Shown piece by piece: positions 12,254 through 26,746 of a stretch of DNA of 46,053 nucleotides; within the stretch, counting starts at the first letter, position 1, and each line of letters begins with the position of its first letter. The DNA is from a virus. Taxonomy: Duplodnaviria > Heunggongvirae > Uroviricota > Caudoviricetes. The notes beneath the pieces were generated by a model, which worked only from the letters and a program-made list of their open reading frames with translations, did not search any database and was not told the DNA's origin. Made by a program: the position numbers and the translations under genes. The stretch lies in the IMG/VR virus record IMGVR_UViG_2541047806_000008; one strand, 5' to 3'.

Positions 12254-14805
12254 CGTCCACCTCCGGAGAACAGACCACCATCACGCATCTGCCCGGTCAC
12301 AACATCCATTGCCGCCTTACGGGCTACGTCATAAACCGCCTTCAGCGCCTGTGGCCCTATCTGACCGTTCGTGCCGTCGTTGTTAATCACCACATGGTTA
12401 TTCTGCTCAAACTTCCCGGACGCCTGCGACCGGCTGTCCGCCATGCTGCCCGGTGTACCGACATAACCACCGGTGGCATAGCCGCGCATCAGCCGGTAGA
12501 GATTCCCCACGCCAATCCGGCTGGTTGCCTCCTTCGTGAAGACAAATTCACCGCGGTGAACAATCCCCGCTGGCTCATATTTGCCGCCGGTTCCCGTAAA
12601 TCCTCCGGTTGCAAAATGGAATTTCGCCGCAGCGGCCTGAATGGCTGTACCGCCTGACGCGGACGCGCCGCCACCAACAGCCCCGCCAATGGCGCTGCCG
12701 ATACTCCCGACAATCCCCACCATTGCCTGCTTAAGCAGAATTTCTGTCATCATGGACAGCACGGAACGGGTGAAGCTGCGCCAGTTCTGCTCACTGCCGG
12801 TCAGCATCGCCGCCATATTCTGTGCAATACCATCAAAGGTCTGCGTGGCAGCACTTTTAACCTGCGACATACTGTCCGTGGCGCTCTCTTCCCACTCACT
12901 CCAGCCGGACTTCAGGCCTGCCATCCAGCTCCCGCGAAGCTGGTCTTCAGCCGCCCAGGTCTTTTTCTGCTCTGACATGACGTTATTCAGCGCCAGCGGA
13001 TTATCGCCATACTGTTCCTTCAGGCGCTGTTCCGTGGCTTCCCGCGCTGCCTGCCGGTCAGTCAGCCCCCGTTTTTTTGCATCAATGGCGGCCCGTTTTG
13101 CCCGTTGTTGCTGTGCGAACTTATCCGCCTGCTGCGCCAGCGCGTTCAGGTGCTCCTGATAGGTGACCTTGTCGCCAAGTACAGCCAGCTGGCGTTTGTA
13201 CTCCAGCGTCTCGTCTTTATGCGCCAGCAGGGATTTCTCCTGTGCGGACAGCTGGCGACGTTGTGCCGCCTCCTCCAGTACCGCGAACTGACTTTCCGCC
13301 TTCCACAAATCCCGGCGCTGCTGGCTGATTTTCTCATTCGCTCCGGCATGCTTCTCCAGCGTCCGGAGTTCTGCCTGAAGCGTCAGCAGGGCAGCATGAG
13401 CACTGTCTTCCTGACGATCGCCCGCAGACACCTTCACGCCTTTCGGCTTTTTCAGCGTCGCTTCATAGTCCTTTTTCGCCGCCGCCATCAGCGTGTTGTA
13501 ATCTGCCTGCAGAATTTTCCCGTCCTTCAGTGCCTTGTTCAGTTCTTCCTGACGGGCGGTATATTTCTCCAGCGGCGTCTGCAGCCGTTCGTAAGCCTTC
13601 TGCGCCTCTTCGGTATATTTCAGCCGTGACGCTTCGGTATCGCTCTGCTGCTGCGCATTTTTGTCCTGTTGACTCTGCTGCTCAGCCTTCTTTCGGGCGG
13701 CTTCAAGCGCAAGACGGGCCTTTTCACGATCATCCCAGTAACGCGCCCGCGCTTCATCGTTAACAAAATAATCATCCTTGCGCAGATTCCAGATGTCGTC
13801 TGCTTTCTTAAACGCAGCCTCTGCCTTAATCAGCATCTCCTGAGCGGTATCAGGACGACCAATATCCAGCACCGCATCCCACATGGATTTGAATGCCCGT
13901 GCTGTCCTGTCTGCCCAGGTTTCCAGCGTGCCCATGTTCTCTTTCAGGCGTCGGGTCTGGTCATCAAACCCTTTCGTTGCGGCCTCGTTCGCCGCCTGCA
14001 ATGCCCCGGCTTCATCGCCGGAACGCTGCAACTGAGCAACATACGCAATCTGCTCCGCCGTCACGTTATGGAACTGGCGTGCCATCGCCGTCAGCCCCGA
14101 CGTCGGGTCTGTGGTCAGCTTCCCGAAGGCTTCAGCGACCTTGTCCACCTCCACGCCGGATGCAGAGGAGAAACGCGCCACACTCTGGCTGATGGACGCA
14201 ATCTGAGCCTCACCGCTTACCCCCGCCTTAACCAGTGCGCTGAGTGACTCGCTGGTCTGGTTAAACGTCAGCCCTGCCGCCTGCCCGGCTCTGGACAGGA
14301 CCAGCATACGATCTGCCGTCAGTCCCGCCTGATTGCCGGAAAGGACCAGCGTTTTGTTGAAATCGGACAGGGTTGAGTTGCCCTGATACCAGGCATACGC
14401 CAGCGCTCCGGTCGCCACCGCCAGCGAGGTGGCCCCCACCATCGGCAGGGTGATCGCACCGGCAAGCCCCCGGAACATGGGGATCATCCCGCCGAAGGAG
14501 TCCTTCACCTGCCCCCCCTGTTGCAGCAGGATCAGCCACGGACTTTGCCCGCCTGCAAGCTGCGTGGCCACGTCAGTGAACTGCGCAGGCAGCATACGCA
14601 TGGCGGCTTTATACTGCCCGACGGAAATTCCCGCTTTCTGTGCAGCCAGCGCCTGCCGGTTCATCGACTGTTCAACGACTGCCGCTGTTTTTTTCGCATC
14701 ACTTTCCGTACCGGAAAAATGACGCCTGACTCTGGCCATCTGCTCGTCAAATCTGGCCGCATCCAGACTTAAATCAACGACCAGATCGCCTACCGGTTCA
14801 GCCAT
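12250..14805 (-). CDS. H: Tail tape measure protein H
   Basis: 851-aa ORF, coiled-coil-rich, in lambda gpH position (lambda H is 853 aa as recalled). Confidence 0.9.
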   Translation of the reverse strand: MAEPVGDLVVDLSLDAARFDEQMARVRRHFSGTESDAKKTAAVVEQSMNRQALAAQKAGISVGQYKAAMRMLPAQFTDVATQLAGGQSPWLILLQQGGQVKDSFGGMIPMFRGLAGAITLPMVGATSLAVATGALAYAWYQGNSTLSDFNKTLVLSGNQAGLTADRMLVLSRAGQAAGLTFNQTSESLSALVKAGVSGEAQIASISQSVARFSSASGVEVDKVAEAFGKLTTDPTSGLTAMARQFHNVTAEQIAYVAQLQRSGDEAGALQAANEAATKGFDDQTRRLKENMGTLETWADRTARAFKSMWDAVLDIGRPDTAQEMLIKAEAAFKKADDIWNLRKDDYFVNDEARARYWDDREKARLALEAARKKAEQQSQQDKNAQQQSDTEASRLKYTEEAQKAYERLQTPLEKYTARQEELNKALKDGKILQADYNTLMAAAKKDYEATLKKPKGVKVSAGDRQEDSAHAALLTLQAELRTLEKHAGANEKISQQRRDLWKAESQFAVLEEAAQRRQLSAQEKSLLAHKDETLEYKRQLAVLGDKVTYQEHLNALAQQADKFAQQQRAKRAAIDAKKRGLTDRQAAREATEQRLKEQYGDNPLALNNVMSEQKKTWAAEDQLRGSWMAGLKSGWSEWEESATDSMSQVKSAATQTFDGIAQNMAAMLTGSEQNWRSFTRSVLSMMTEILLKQAMVGIVGSIGSAIGGAVGGGASASGGTAIQAAAAKFHFATGGFTGTGGKYEPAGIVHRGEFVFTKEATSRIGVGNLYRLMRGYATGGYVGTPGSMADSRSQASGKFEQNNHVVINNDGTNGQIGPQALKAVYDVARKAAMDVVTGQMRDGGLFSGGGR

Positions 14806-15232
14806 ACCGGACTCCTCCTGCGATCCCTTCTGATACTGTCATCAGCATTACGTCATCCTCCGTCATGTCCGCCACATCCGGGGAAGCGGGGATAACTTCA
14901 TTCCCGTCCAGGCCAAAACGAACGCCTCCGGCAAGCCCTGCCGCTTTCTGCATCAGCACATCATCTTCAGGCTCTTCGTCAGCCTCGCGCCGGTTCAGCA
15001 GACTGAAATCCAGCGGATGCATCTCCGGATCGCTGAAAAACAGGCTGAGCACGGTGTACGTCAGCCCGGAAAAGTGCATATCCAGCAGAACATCATGAAA
15101 ATAATGGGTACTGTAAAAGCGGTGCCAGTCGGCATACTCCGTGGATGACATCCCGGCAAGCATGGCGCGCCAGTCGGGTCGCCCCATCTCACGCGCCAGT
15201 TTCAGGGCAAAACTCAGCTCACCGTCGAACAC
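14798..15232 (-). CDS. T: T portion of tail assembly chaperone G-T (made by programmed -1 frameshift from G)
   Basis: Open frame of 144 codons overlapping the 3-prime end of G; no ATG of its own; slippery heptamer GGGAAAG present at the overlap. Confidence 0.75.
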   Translation of the reverse strand: MFDGELSFALKLAREMGRPDWRAMLAGMSSTEYADWHRFYSTHYFHDVLLDMHFSGLTYTVLSLFFSDPEMHPLDFSLLNRREADEEPEDDVLMQKAAGLAGGVRFGLDGNEVIPASPDVADMTEDDVMLMTVSEGIAGGVRYG

Positions 15233-15636
15233 TTTCCCGCAGAAACAGGCTCTGCAGGCCCGGCGTCCTCTGCCTGTTCAGGAGCATCATTCACCACAAA
15301 CTCAGACATACCGGACAGCCGGTACACCACGTTTTCAGCATGAGAAATTGCCTCTGTGGGCCAGGTGGTAAGCACTTCCTGCTCAATCTGTTTAACGGCT
15401 TCATTCATGGAAGGCAGCTTTGTCTTCTGCGGATGGTTATGCCACAGGGACATCGCCACCAGAAACGCGCCGGTTCTGATGGCGTCTTCCACAGTAAACT
15501 TCCGGTTGCTGTCTGACTCCGCCTGTTCTGCCTGCCGTTTCATCAGGGCGAGATGCTCAATACGCTGCAGGGCTGACAGTTCAGAAAGCGTGACGGTCAC
15601 ACCGTTATGTTCAAATGATTCTGTTTTCAGGAACAT
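15214..15636 (-). CDS. G: Tail assembly chaperone G
   Basis: 140 aa, lambda gpG length; ends ...SAGKCSTVS. Confidence 0.85.
   Translation of the reverse strand: MFLKTESFEHNGVTVTLSELSALQRIEHLALMKRQAEQAESDSNRKFTVEDAIRTGAFLVAMSLWHNHPQKTKLPSMNEAVKQIEQEVLTTWPTEAISHAENVVYRLSGMSEFVVNDAPEQAEDAGPAEPVSAGKCSTVS
15232..15238 (-). other. Programmed -1 ribosomal frameshift slippery site (G GGA AAG)
   Basis: Plus-strand CTTTCCC at 15232-15238 is GGGAAAG on the coding strand, just upstream of the G stop (15214-15216), as in lambda G/GT. Confidence 0.7.
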
Positions 15637-15651
15637 CGCTGACTCTCCGGA

Positions 15652-16422
15652 TTAACTGGCGGTGACGGTGATTTCTGCAACCGCAGCAAACTCACCATTA
15701 CCAGATACAACCGGAATGTTGACCTTGCCTGCAGCAACGCCGTTCACGGTGATGGTCATACCACTGACCGACACGGTGGCTTTTGTTTTATCCGAAGACA
15801 CCGCACGGAAGCTCTTGTCGGTTGCCCCTTCCGGCTGGAAGGCCACGGTCAGCGTGGTGCTCTGCCCTTTCACTACGGAAGCACTGGCTGGCGTTACCGT
15901 CATGCCGGTGGCCGCCGTCACCGTGCTGCGATCTTCTGCCATCGACGGACGTCCCACATTGGTGACCTTCACCGTGCGGGTAATCACTTCCTTCGCCGTC
16001 ACCGCCTTACCGATACTGCTGACCCAGCCACGGAACACATCGACCGTGCCGTTCGGGAAGCGGATTTTATAGGCACGGGTATCACCTTCATTAAACCACG
16101 CCAGCAGCGCCTGCTGCCCCTGCTCTCCGGGCATCCAAGCCAGCGTGAAGCTGGTATCTCCGGCAGATTTCTGCCCCTGCCCGGTCGCAGTCCAGTCTGC
16201 ATCTTCATCATCGAGATAGCTGTCGTCATAGGACTCAGCGGTCAGTTCGCCGGGCGTCAGGTCTTTAACTTTTGCCAGACGCGACCAGTCAACGTCTGAA
16301 AGCGGGTTCGCATAAGGGTCACCGCTCCCCTTATAAACCCACAGTGTGGTCCCGGCCCCTTTCACCGGCATTACTGGATTTGGTACAGGCATATCGTCCT
16401 CACATTTCATAGGTAATGACAT
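15652..16422 (-). CDS. V: Major tail tube protein V with C-terminal Ig-like domain
   Basis: 256 aa; lambda gpV-like with a Big_2-like C-terminal segment. Confidence 0.85.
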   Translation of the reverse strand: MSLPMKCEDDMPVPNPVMPVKGAGTTLWVYKGSGDPYANPLSDVDWSRLAKVKDLTPGELTAESYDDSYLDDEDADWTATGQGQKSAGDTSFTLAWMPGEQGQQALLAWFNEGDTRAYKIRFPNGTVDVFRGWVSSIGKAVTAKEVITRTVKVTNVGRPSMAEDRSTVTAATGMTVTPASASVVKGQSTTLTVAFQPEGATDKSFRAVSSDKTKATVSVSGMTITVNGVAAGKVNIPVVSGNGEFAAVAEITVTAS

Positions 16423-16795
16423 AAGTCAGATCGGCTGAACTCCACAGGCCCGCATCATCGTCGCGCCGGTAGTCATAGCCACTGGCCACCATACTGGTGA
16501 TCAAATCTGACAGTGCCGGGACATCGCTCATCACCGGATAAATCCGGGACTCCATCCACGAATCCAGCTCTGAATCCGGCACCTGAGCAGGCAGGAAAAC
16601 TTCAATATGCAGCTCCGCCTGCCAGGTATCACTGTCCAGCTCTTCGCCCGTGTATTCAGCGCCGATGAGATAAACGGCAATTGCCGGAAAATCCGCCTCA
16701 TCAAAAACAGCGGGGCGACCATCAAAAAGCGTCGCCCCGGTGTCATGCTTCTCCAGTGCATCCAGTACGGCTGCACGGAGTTCAGTATGTTTCAT
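16400..16795 (-). CDS. U: Tail terminator protein U
   Basis: 131 aa, lambda gpU length and synteny. Confidence 0.85.
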   Translation of the reverse strand: MKHTELRAAVLDALEKHDTGATLFDGRPAVFDEADFPAIAVYLIGAEYTGEELDSDTWQAELHIEVFLPAQVPDSELDSWMESRIYPVMSDVPALSDLITSMVASGYDYRRDDDAGLWSSADLTYVITYEM

Positions 16796-17370
16796 CGCTT
16801 TATTACCATTCTCAGTTGATGCTGCAGCGCATAGCCCAGCTCTTTCGGAAGACGTTCACGCCGTATCCGTTCAATATTCTGTTTAAACGCCGTGGTAAGC
16901 GGCACCGCCATCGGGATTTTCACCACATCAATGGGGTAACGGTTTTTCCCGGCCACACGCTGCATGACATGCCACCGGCCATTTTTCAGTTGCTGAATAA
17001 ACGCGCCGGGAATACGACGGTTTCCCACCACAAGCACGCTGCCGCCACCTTTCAGGGCTGAACGCTGCCCCTTTTTACGACGCCTGCGTCGGGACAGGAC
17101 AATCCGCGCGTTACCCAGCTTTATTACGGGCAAATCCCCCCGGTTAACCCTGATTCTGGCCTGCGGATTTTTGACCGTGGCCCTTTTCAGCCTGGCCCTT
17201 TCCTTTACCAGTTTCCGGCGTACCTTTGTCTCACGGGCAACCTGTGACGCCGACTGCGATATCGCGGATGAAGCAACGCGGTTAATGGCCATTGCGGCGG
17301 CACCAGGCACCGCCGTTTTGCTGATACGGCTGAGGTTTTCAACGGCCTGCTCAAGACCTTTTATGGCCAT
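16792..17370 (-). CDS. Z: Tail completion protein Z
   Basis: 192 aa, lambda gpZ length and synteny. Confidence 0.85.
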   Translation of the reverse strand: MAIKGLEQAVENLSRISKTAVPGAAAMAINRVASSAISQSASQVARETKVRRKLVKERARLKRATVKNPQARIRVNRGDLPVIKLGNARIVLSRRRRRKKGQRSALKGGGSVLVVGNRRIPGAFIQQLKNGRWHVMQRVAGKNRYPIDVVKIPMAVPLTTAFKQNIERIRRERLPKELGYALQHQLRMVIKR

Positions 17371-17381
17371 ACATCCCCCTT

Positions 17382-17735
17382 TCAGCGGCGACGGTTAACG
17401 GCAGGCGGTACGCCCCGCCCAAGCCAGAGATGACAGCTTCCACCATCATCCGGCGAAATCCGGTCTATCCAGAAGTTTTCCTCACCGATGGTCAGCGTGT
17501 CGCCGCGCCGCAGCTGCCGCACATCATCAGTCCGGACAAACAGGGACGGGCTGGAGCCTTCAACGCGTACGCCCTGTCCGGCATAGCTGATATTTTCAGG
17601 GTCATCAAAAACACCACGTATTACTGCGCCGGACTGCTCACCGGATGTCATGGTGGCTGACGTTCCCATGTACCCGCGTATCGTTTCATCGGCGCGGGCA
17701 ATGGCAGCATCGAACAGGTTATCGAAATCAGCCAC
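17382..17735 (-). CDS. FII: Head-tail connector protein FII
   Basis: 117 aa, lambda gpFII length and synteny. Confidence 0.85.
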   Translation of the reverse strand: MADFDNLFDAAIARADETIRGYMGTSATMTSGEQSGAVIRGVFDDPENISYAGQGVRVEGSSPSLFVRTDDVRQLRRGDTLTIGEENFWIDRISPDDGGSCHLWLGRGVPPAVNRRR

Positions 17736-17746
17736 AGCGCCTCCCG

Positions 17747-18142
17747 TTATTGCATTCTGGCCAGGCCACGTTCTGTCATTTCGGCTGCCACACCGGCAGA
17801 GACACGAAACGCCGTTCCCGGCAGCACAAATGCCACAGGTTCATCCCGCGTGGCGTGAAGTGCATCAGTATGCAGCGTCACCAGTGCCACGACCGTGACC
17901 AGAGCAGCCGTATCAATCATGGTATCCGGCTGCGCTGATACCACCTCATTTTCATGTCCGGTCAGCGCATTTTCCGGTCTGAGAGGGGTATCCTGACCGG
18001 CAGCGTCATCCGTGTCATCAAGCTCCTCTTCCAGCTCTGCCACACGGAGCGCCAGTTCTTCTTTCGTCCCCGTCAGGCTGACATCACGGTTCAGTTGCTC
18101 ACCCAGCGACCGGAGACGGACAATCAGTTCACCTTTCGTCAT
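17747..18142 (-). CDS. FI: DNA packaging protein FI
   Basis: Start placed at internal Met (MTKGELIVRLRSLGEQLNRDVSLTGTKEELALRVAELEEEL), which matches lambda gpFI; the track ORF extends 13 codons further upstream. Confidence 0.8.
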   Translation of the reverse strand: MTKGELIVRLRSLGEQLNRDVSLTGTKEELALRVAELEEELDDTDDAAGQDTPLRPENALTGHENEVVSAQPDTMIDTAALVTVVALVTLHTDALHATRDEPVAFVLPGTAFRVSAGVAAEMTERGLARMQ

Positions 18143-18183
18143 GGACTCCTCCACATAGAGAAAATGGCCCCGAAGGGCCACGA

Positions 18184-19209
18184 TTACGCCAGTTGTACGG
18201 ACACGAACTCATCAGGGTCAGCCAGCAGCATCAGCGGTGCTGACTGAATCATGGTGAACTCACGCGCCGGATCGCCGGTGGTCACCCAGTTTTTCGGGTA
18301 ACGGGCAGAGGAGTTAATGCCTTCGCGCTGTGCGTCCGCATCCTGAATGCAGCCATAGGTGCGCAGACCGCGTGCCTGAGTGTTCCCCAGCACCATCGTG
18401 TTGTCCGGCAGGAAGTTCTTTTTGACGCCGTTTTCCACGTACTGTCCGGAATACACGACGATGGCCACATCGCCATACATCCCCTTGTAGGACACCGCTT
18501 TGCCCAGGTCTTTCACCGCTGTCTCCAGCTCGGAATGAGAGCCGCGACGAGTATCCAGCTTCTCCCTGACGGCTTTGAAGGAACGGAACAGCGCCCAGCC
18601 TTTCGGATCAAACACGATGATATTCACCACTCCGCTGGCGTTCAGCGCGTAGGCTTCGATATCGTCGGTCGGATCATACGTGGACTTGTCACGCTTGCTC
18701 CACTCCGTGCCGCCGGACTGCGTGATGTTATTCGCCTCACTGCGGCCCATATCCACCTCAACCGGATCGAAGGCTTCACCGGTCATGGTGTATTTGCCCT
18801 TAAGCACGGCAGAAACTGCCTGCATCTCTTCGACCTGGGCAATCGCCAGATTTTCATCCAGCATATTCTGCCGAATAATACGGCGACGACGGTAAGCCGG
18901 GTCAGCCAGGTTCTGCGGTTCTTCATCCGGCAGGCGACGCAGGGTCATCTGCGGATTCACCTCATGCTTGGGTTTGACATAACCCGGCGTAAATTCAGAG
19001 GTGGAGCCGCCACGGGATCGGATAACCTCACCGGAAACAATCGGCGAAACGTACAGCGCCATGTTTACCAGTCCCGGAATTTGTGAGAGATAGACTTTCT
19101 CCGTGGTGAAAGGATAGGTTTCACGGAAAAACAGGCGCAGAAACAGCGGATCGAACTTAAAGTGATGCTGGGTCGATGCCAGTAATTCTGCAGTTGTATA
19201 TACAGACAT
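18184..19209 (-). CDS. E: Major capsid protein E
   Basis: 341 aa; near-identical to lambda gpE as recalled. Confidence 0.9.
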   Translation of the reverse strand: MSVYTTAELLASTQHHFKFDPLFLRLFFRETYPFTTEKVYLSQIPGLVNMALYVSPIVSGEVIRSRGGSTSEFTPGYVKPKHEVNPQMTLRRLPDEEPQNLADPAYRRRRIIRQNMLDENLAIAQVEEMQAVSAVLKGKYTMTGEAFDPVEVDMGRSEANNITQSGGTEWSKRDKSTYDPTDDIEAYALNASGVVNIIVFDPKGWALFRSFKAVREKLDTRRGSHSELETAVKDLGKAVSYKGMYGDVAIVVYSGQYVENGVKKNFLPDNTMVLGNTQARGLRTYGCIQDADAQREGINSSARYPKNWVTTGDPAREFTMIQSAPLMLLADPDEFVSVQLA

Positions 19210-19264
19210 AAATTATTTCCATAAAAAAAGCCGCACAGGCGGCCTTTGTTGATGAAGGGGAAGA

Positions 19265-19597
19265 TTAAACGATGCTGATTGCCGTTCCGGCAAACGCGGT
19301 CCGTTTTTTCGTCTCGTCGCTGGCAGCCTCCGGCCAGAGCACATCCTCATAACGGAACGAGCCGGACTTGTAGAACGTCAGTGTGGTGCTGGTCTGGTCA
19401 GCAGCAACCGCCAGAATGCCAACGGCTGCACCGTCGGTGGTGCCATCCCACACAACCAGCTTACGGGTAGTGCCATCCAGCATCAGTGGGGTCATTGCAG
19501 GCGTTTTCGCACTCAATCCGCCAGGCGCAATTGCTGTATGAGCCGGATCACTGTTACCCAGCGGCTGGTAATGGTTAAACTCTTCTTTTGTCGCCAT
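19265..19597 (-). CDS. D: Capsid decoration protein D
   Basis: 110 aa; lambda gpD-like with a divergent N-terminal 40 residues and a near-identical C-terminal two-thirds. Confidence 0.9.
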   Translation of the reverse strand: MATKEEFNHYQPLGNSDPAHTAIAPGGLSAKTPAMTPLMLDGTTRKLVVWDGTTDGAAVGILAVAADQTSTTLTFYKSGSFRYEDVLWPEAASDETKKRTAFAGTAISIV

Positions 19598-19606
19598 AAC
19601 TGCCTC

Positions 19607-20918
19607 TTATACCGGTAAAGCTTCAGGTGTATTAAGTAATTCTTTATTGGTATCAGATGCCAGGTTACCTGCAGCCAGCGGTGCCGGTGCACCCTGCATC
19701 AGACGATCCAGCGCAGTGTCACTGCGCGCCTGTGCACTCTGTGGTGCTGCGGCCAGAATGCGGCGGGCCGTTTCCACGGTCATTCCGGGGGTTTCGGCCA
19801 GCACGCGTGCCTGTTCTTCGCGTCCGTGAGCCTCCTCACAGTTGAGGATCCCCATAATGCGACTGTTTTCTGCCGCAACCGCTGCGGTGATCTGCGCGTT
19901 CACGTCCGGCTGCGCCGCGCTGGCGTTCTCGCCCTCCGTCGCTTGCACCACCTCAGTAACGTCAGCCTGCGAAGCAGTGGCTGAAACAGTTGTTGATTGA
20001 GTCTCTTTGGTCATTCGCCCTCCTGAGAGACGGGATTTACGTGCATCCAGTGCATCACGCATGACGGTGATCGCATCGGTACTGTTAACAAGTTCATCAG
20101 CCAGTCCGGCATCAATGGCCTCCTGACCGCTGTACACTGCAGCCTCGGTATCCAGCACAGCCTGCACGGACAGGCCGGTATATGCCGACACCTTCTGTGC
20201 AAACATCCGGCGGGTTGCGTCCATCCGGGACTGCAGTGTCTCCCGGACGTCATCCGGAAGATGGCTGTAGGGGTTGCCATCCACCTTATGGCTGCCGCTG
20301 TAAATCAGCGTGATTTCCACACCCTGTTTCTCCAGCGCAGCACCGTAATTACTGTGAGCCATCATGACGCCGATGGAGCCTGTCCGGGCGGTCTGCGTGA
20401 CCAGACGCCGGGAGGCGGCACTGGCAAGCAACTGACCTGCACTGCAGTTCATGTCGTTGGCCAGCGCCCATACCGGCTTTATGTCACGCACACGGGCGAT
20501 GATGTCAGCGCAGTCAAATGCCCCTGCCACCATCCCGCCTGGCGTATCCATATCGAGCAGAATGCCGTCCACCATCGGGTCGCTGGCAGCCTGTTGCAGA
20601 CGGGCGATAATGCCGTTGTAACCGGTCATCCCCGAATACGGCTGCAGCGCTCGCGTCCGACTGACCAGCGTGCCGGACACCGGCAGCACGGCGATGCCGT
20701 TCATGACCTGATAACTGCGGGCCTGTCGTGGTCCGTCATCATCAACGGATAACGCCAGCGCCGCGGGTGCCTCTCCGGCAGTCAGGCTGTCGCCGGATAC
20801 CGCATCCGTCAGGCGGCTGATCCCAAGCTGGCCTGCAAGCGCACAAAAGAAAACCCGCGCATAGGCGGGTTCAAGCATCAGCGGCTCATTAAAGGCCATA
20901 CTGGCAATATGCGGGAGA

Positions 20919-20938
<20 letters not shown>
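19607..20938 (-). CDS. C: Capsid assembly protease C, with nested scaffold Nu3 in the same frame
   Basis: Matches lambda gpC from VTAELRNLPHIASMAFNEP; apparent GTG start at 20936-20938; the track ORF is extended upstream into B. Confidence 0.8.
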
Positions 20939-24619
<3,681 letters not shown>

Positions 24620-24645
<26 letters not shown>

Positions 24646-25165
24646 TCAGCAACCCCGGTATCAGTTCATCCAGCGCGGCTGCTTTGTTCATGGCTTTGAT
24701 GATATCCCGTTTCAGGAAATCAACATGTCGGTTTTCCAGTTCCGGAAAACGCCGCTGCACCGACAGGGGGATCCCGTCGAGAATACTGGCAATTTCACCT
24801 GCGATCCGCGACAGCACGAAAGTACAGAATGCGGTTTCCACCACTTCAGCGGAGTCTCTGGCATTTTTCAGCTCCTGTGCGTCGGCCTGCGCACGCGTAA
24901 GTCGATGGCGTTCGTACTCAATAGTCCCTGGCTGGAGATCTGTCTCGCTGGCCTGCCGCAGTTCTTCAACTTCCCGGCGCAGCTTTTCGTTCTCAATTTC
25001 AGCATCCCTTTCGGCATACCATCTTATAACGGCGGCAGAGTCATAAAGCACCTCATTACCCTTGCCACCGCCTCGCAGAACGGGCATTCCCTGTTCCTGC
25101 CAGTTCTGAATGGTACGGATACTCGCACCGAAAATGTCAGCCAGCTGCTTTTTGTTGACTTCCAT
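24620..25165 (-). CDS. nu1: Terminase small subunit Nu1
   Basis: 181 aa; matches lambda Nu1 (MEVNKKQLADIFGASIRTIQNWQEQGMPVLRGGGKGNEVLYDSAAV...). Confidence 0.95.
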
Positions 25166-25354
25166 TGTTCATTCCACGGCCAAAAACAGAGAAAGGAAAC
25201 GACAGAGGCCCAAAAGTTCGTTTTCAGCACCTGTCGTTTCCTTTCTTTTCAGGGGGTATTTTAAATAAAAACATTAAGTTACGACGAAGAAGAACGGAAA
25301 CGCCTTAAACCGGAAAATTTTCATAAATAGCGAAAACCCGCGAGGTCGCCGCCC
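25166..25354 (-). other. cos site: cosN 12-nt cohesive end at 25343-25354, cosB region between cosN and Nu1
   Basis: Reverse complement of 25300-25354 reads GGGCGGCGACCTCGCGGGTTTTCGCTATTTATGAAAATTTTCCGG, which is the lambda left end as recalled. Confidence 0.85.
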
Positions 25355-25553
25355 CGTAACCTGTCGGATCGCCGGAAAGGACCCGCAAAATGATAATAAT
25401 TATCATCTGCATGTCACAACGTGCATCTACGCCATCAAACCACGTCAAATAATCAATTATGACGCAGGTATCATATTAATTGATCTGCATCAACTTAACG
25501 TAAAAACAACTTCAGACAATACAAATCAGCGACACTGAATACGGGACAACCTC

Positions 25554-25787
25554 ATGTCAACGAAGAACAGAACCCGCAGAACAACAACCCGCAACATCCG
25601 CTTTCCTAACCAAATGATTGAACAAATTAACATTGCTCTTGATCAAAAAGGGTCCGGGAATTTCTCAGCCTGGGTCATTGAAGCCTGCCGCCGAAGACTG
25701 TGCTCAGAAAAAAGAGTTTCGCCTGAAGCAAACAAAGAAAAGAGTGACATTACTGAATTGCTCAGAAAGCAGGTCAGACCAGATTGA
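25554..25787 (+). CDS. YlcI-like small protein (DUF3950-like)
   Basis: 77 aa; N-terminal two-thirds match E. coli DLP12 YlcI as recalled (MSTKNRTRRTTTRNIRFPNQMIEQINIAL...); opposite strand to the late genes. Confidence 0.55.
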   Translation: MSTKNRTRRTTTRNIRFPNQMIEQINIALDQKGSGNFSAWVIEACRRRLCSEKRVSPEANKEKSDITELLRKQVRPD

Positions 25788-25844
25788 AGCAATTTAGATA
25801 ATCGTGCAGACTAGGTACCTTCATATCACATGGAAGGTACTACA

Positions 25845-26255
25845 ATGGCTCAGGTTGCCATTTTTAAACAAATATTCGATAAAGTGCGAAATAATTTAAA
25901 CTATCACTGGTTTTATTCTGAACTAAAACGTCACAATGTCTCACATTACATTTACTATTTAGCCACAGAGAATATTCATCTTGTTCTTGAAAACGATAAT
26001 ACGGTTTTAATAAAAGGACAGAGTAAGGTTGTAAATGTAAGATTTTCAAAAAATAAATGCCTTATAGAAGCCACCTTAAAAGGATTCAAATCAGGAGAGT
26101 TATCATTTTACGAATACAGGAAAAATCTTGCTACAGCAGGGGTTTTCAGATGGATTACAAATATCCACGAAAACAAAAGGTATTACTATACCTTTGATAA
26201 TTCATTACTCTTTACTGAGAACATTCAGAACACTACACAAATATTTCCGCACTAA
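25845..26255 (+). CDS. YbcV-like protein (DUF1398-like)
   Basis: Start placed at [19 protein letters not shown] (track ORF starts 5 codons earlier); resembles DLP12 YbcV as recalled. Confidence 0.55.
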   Translation: MAQVAIFKQIFDKVRNNLNYHWFYSELKRHNVSHYIYYLATENIHLVLENDNTVLIKGQSKVVNVRFSKNKCLIEATLKGFKSGELSFYEYRKNLATAGVFRWITNIHENKRYYYTFDNSLLFTENIQNTTQIFPH

Positions 26256-26300
26256 ATCATAACGTCCGGTTTCTTCCGTGCCAGAACCGGACTCGCTGGC

Positions 26301-26465
26301 ATGATGAAATATGTGTACCCGGTAACCCCGGTGTGCATCGTTATTGATTATTCCCGCACACTCGCGCAGAAGGAGTTCCCCGTCGGGCTACGGTCTCTGT
26401 TAATACGGGAATACGGCGACGATACAGCGCATGATGTGTCAGGCTTGAATACCTTTATCCTTTAA
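26301..26465 (+). CDS. Possible small ORF (54 aa), hypothetical
   Basis: Hand-translated from ATGATGAAATATGTG...; below the 60-aa track cutoff; followed by a hairpin with T-tract about 26505-26535. Weak support. Confidence 0.2.
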   Translation: MMKYVYPVTPVCIVIDYSRTLAQKEFPVGLRSLLIREYGDDTAHDVSGLNTFIL

Positions 26466-26746
26466 AAGGGATATCAGTTAAGTTATCCCGTGTAGGGTAT
26501 AAGCCATTATCAAAGCCACTCTGTAGGAAGTGGCTTTTGTAATGGCAATAAAAAGCCCCGCGAATGCGAGGCTAAATCCTGGTATTTGTAATGACTGGCT
26601 CTTATCTCAACGCAGCCCCTTACCGCGCGCAAAATGCTCAATATCAAGCATCAGCAATGAGATGTTTAATCTGGATTCACTCCAGAAGTGAGCACCACCC
26701 TGTCTACAGAGCCAGATGTGAAGGATGATGAGTAAAATTATCGCTA

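Noticed and set aside
12641-14247. Plus-strand ORFs of 170-190 aa antisense to the tape measure gene H (12641-13159, 13105-13629, 13669-14247)
   Set aside because: Antisense to a strongly supported lambda H homologue; no start context or domain signal; treated as chance ORFs in a stop-codon-poor region.
20261-20752. 163-aa plus-strand ORF antisense to C/Nu3
   Set aside because: Antisense to the conserved capsid protease/scaffold gene; no independent support.
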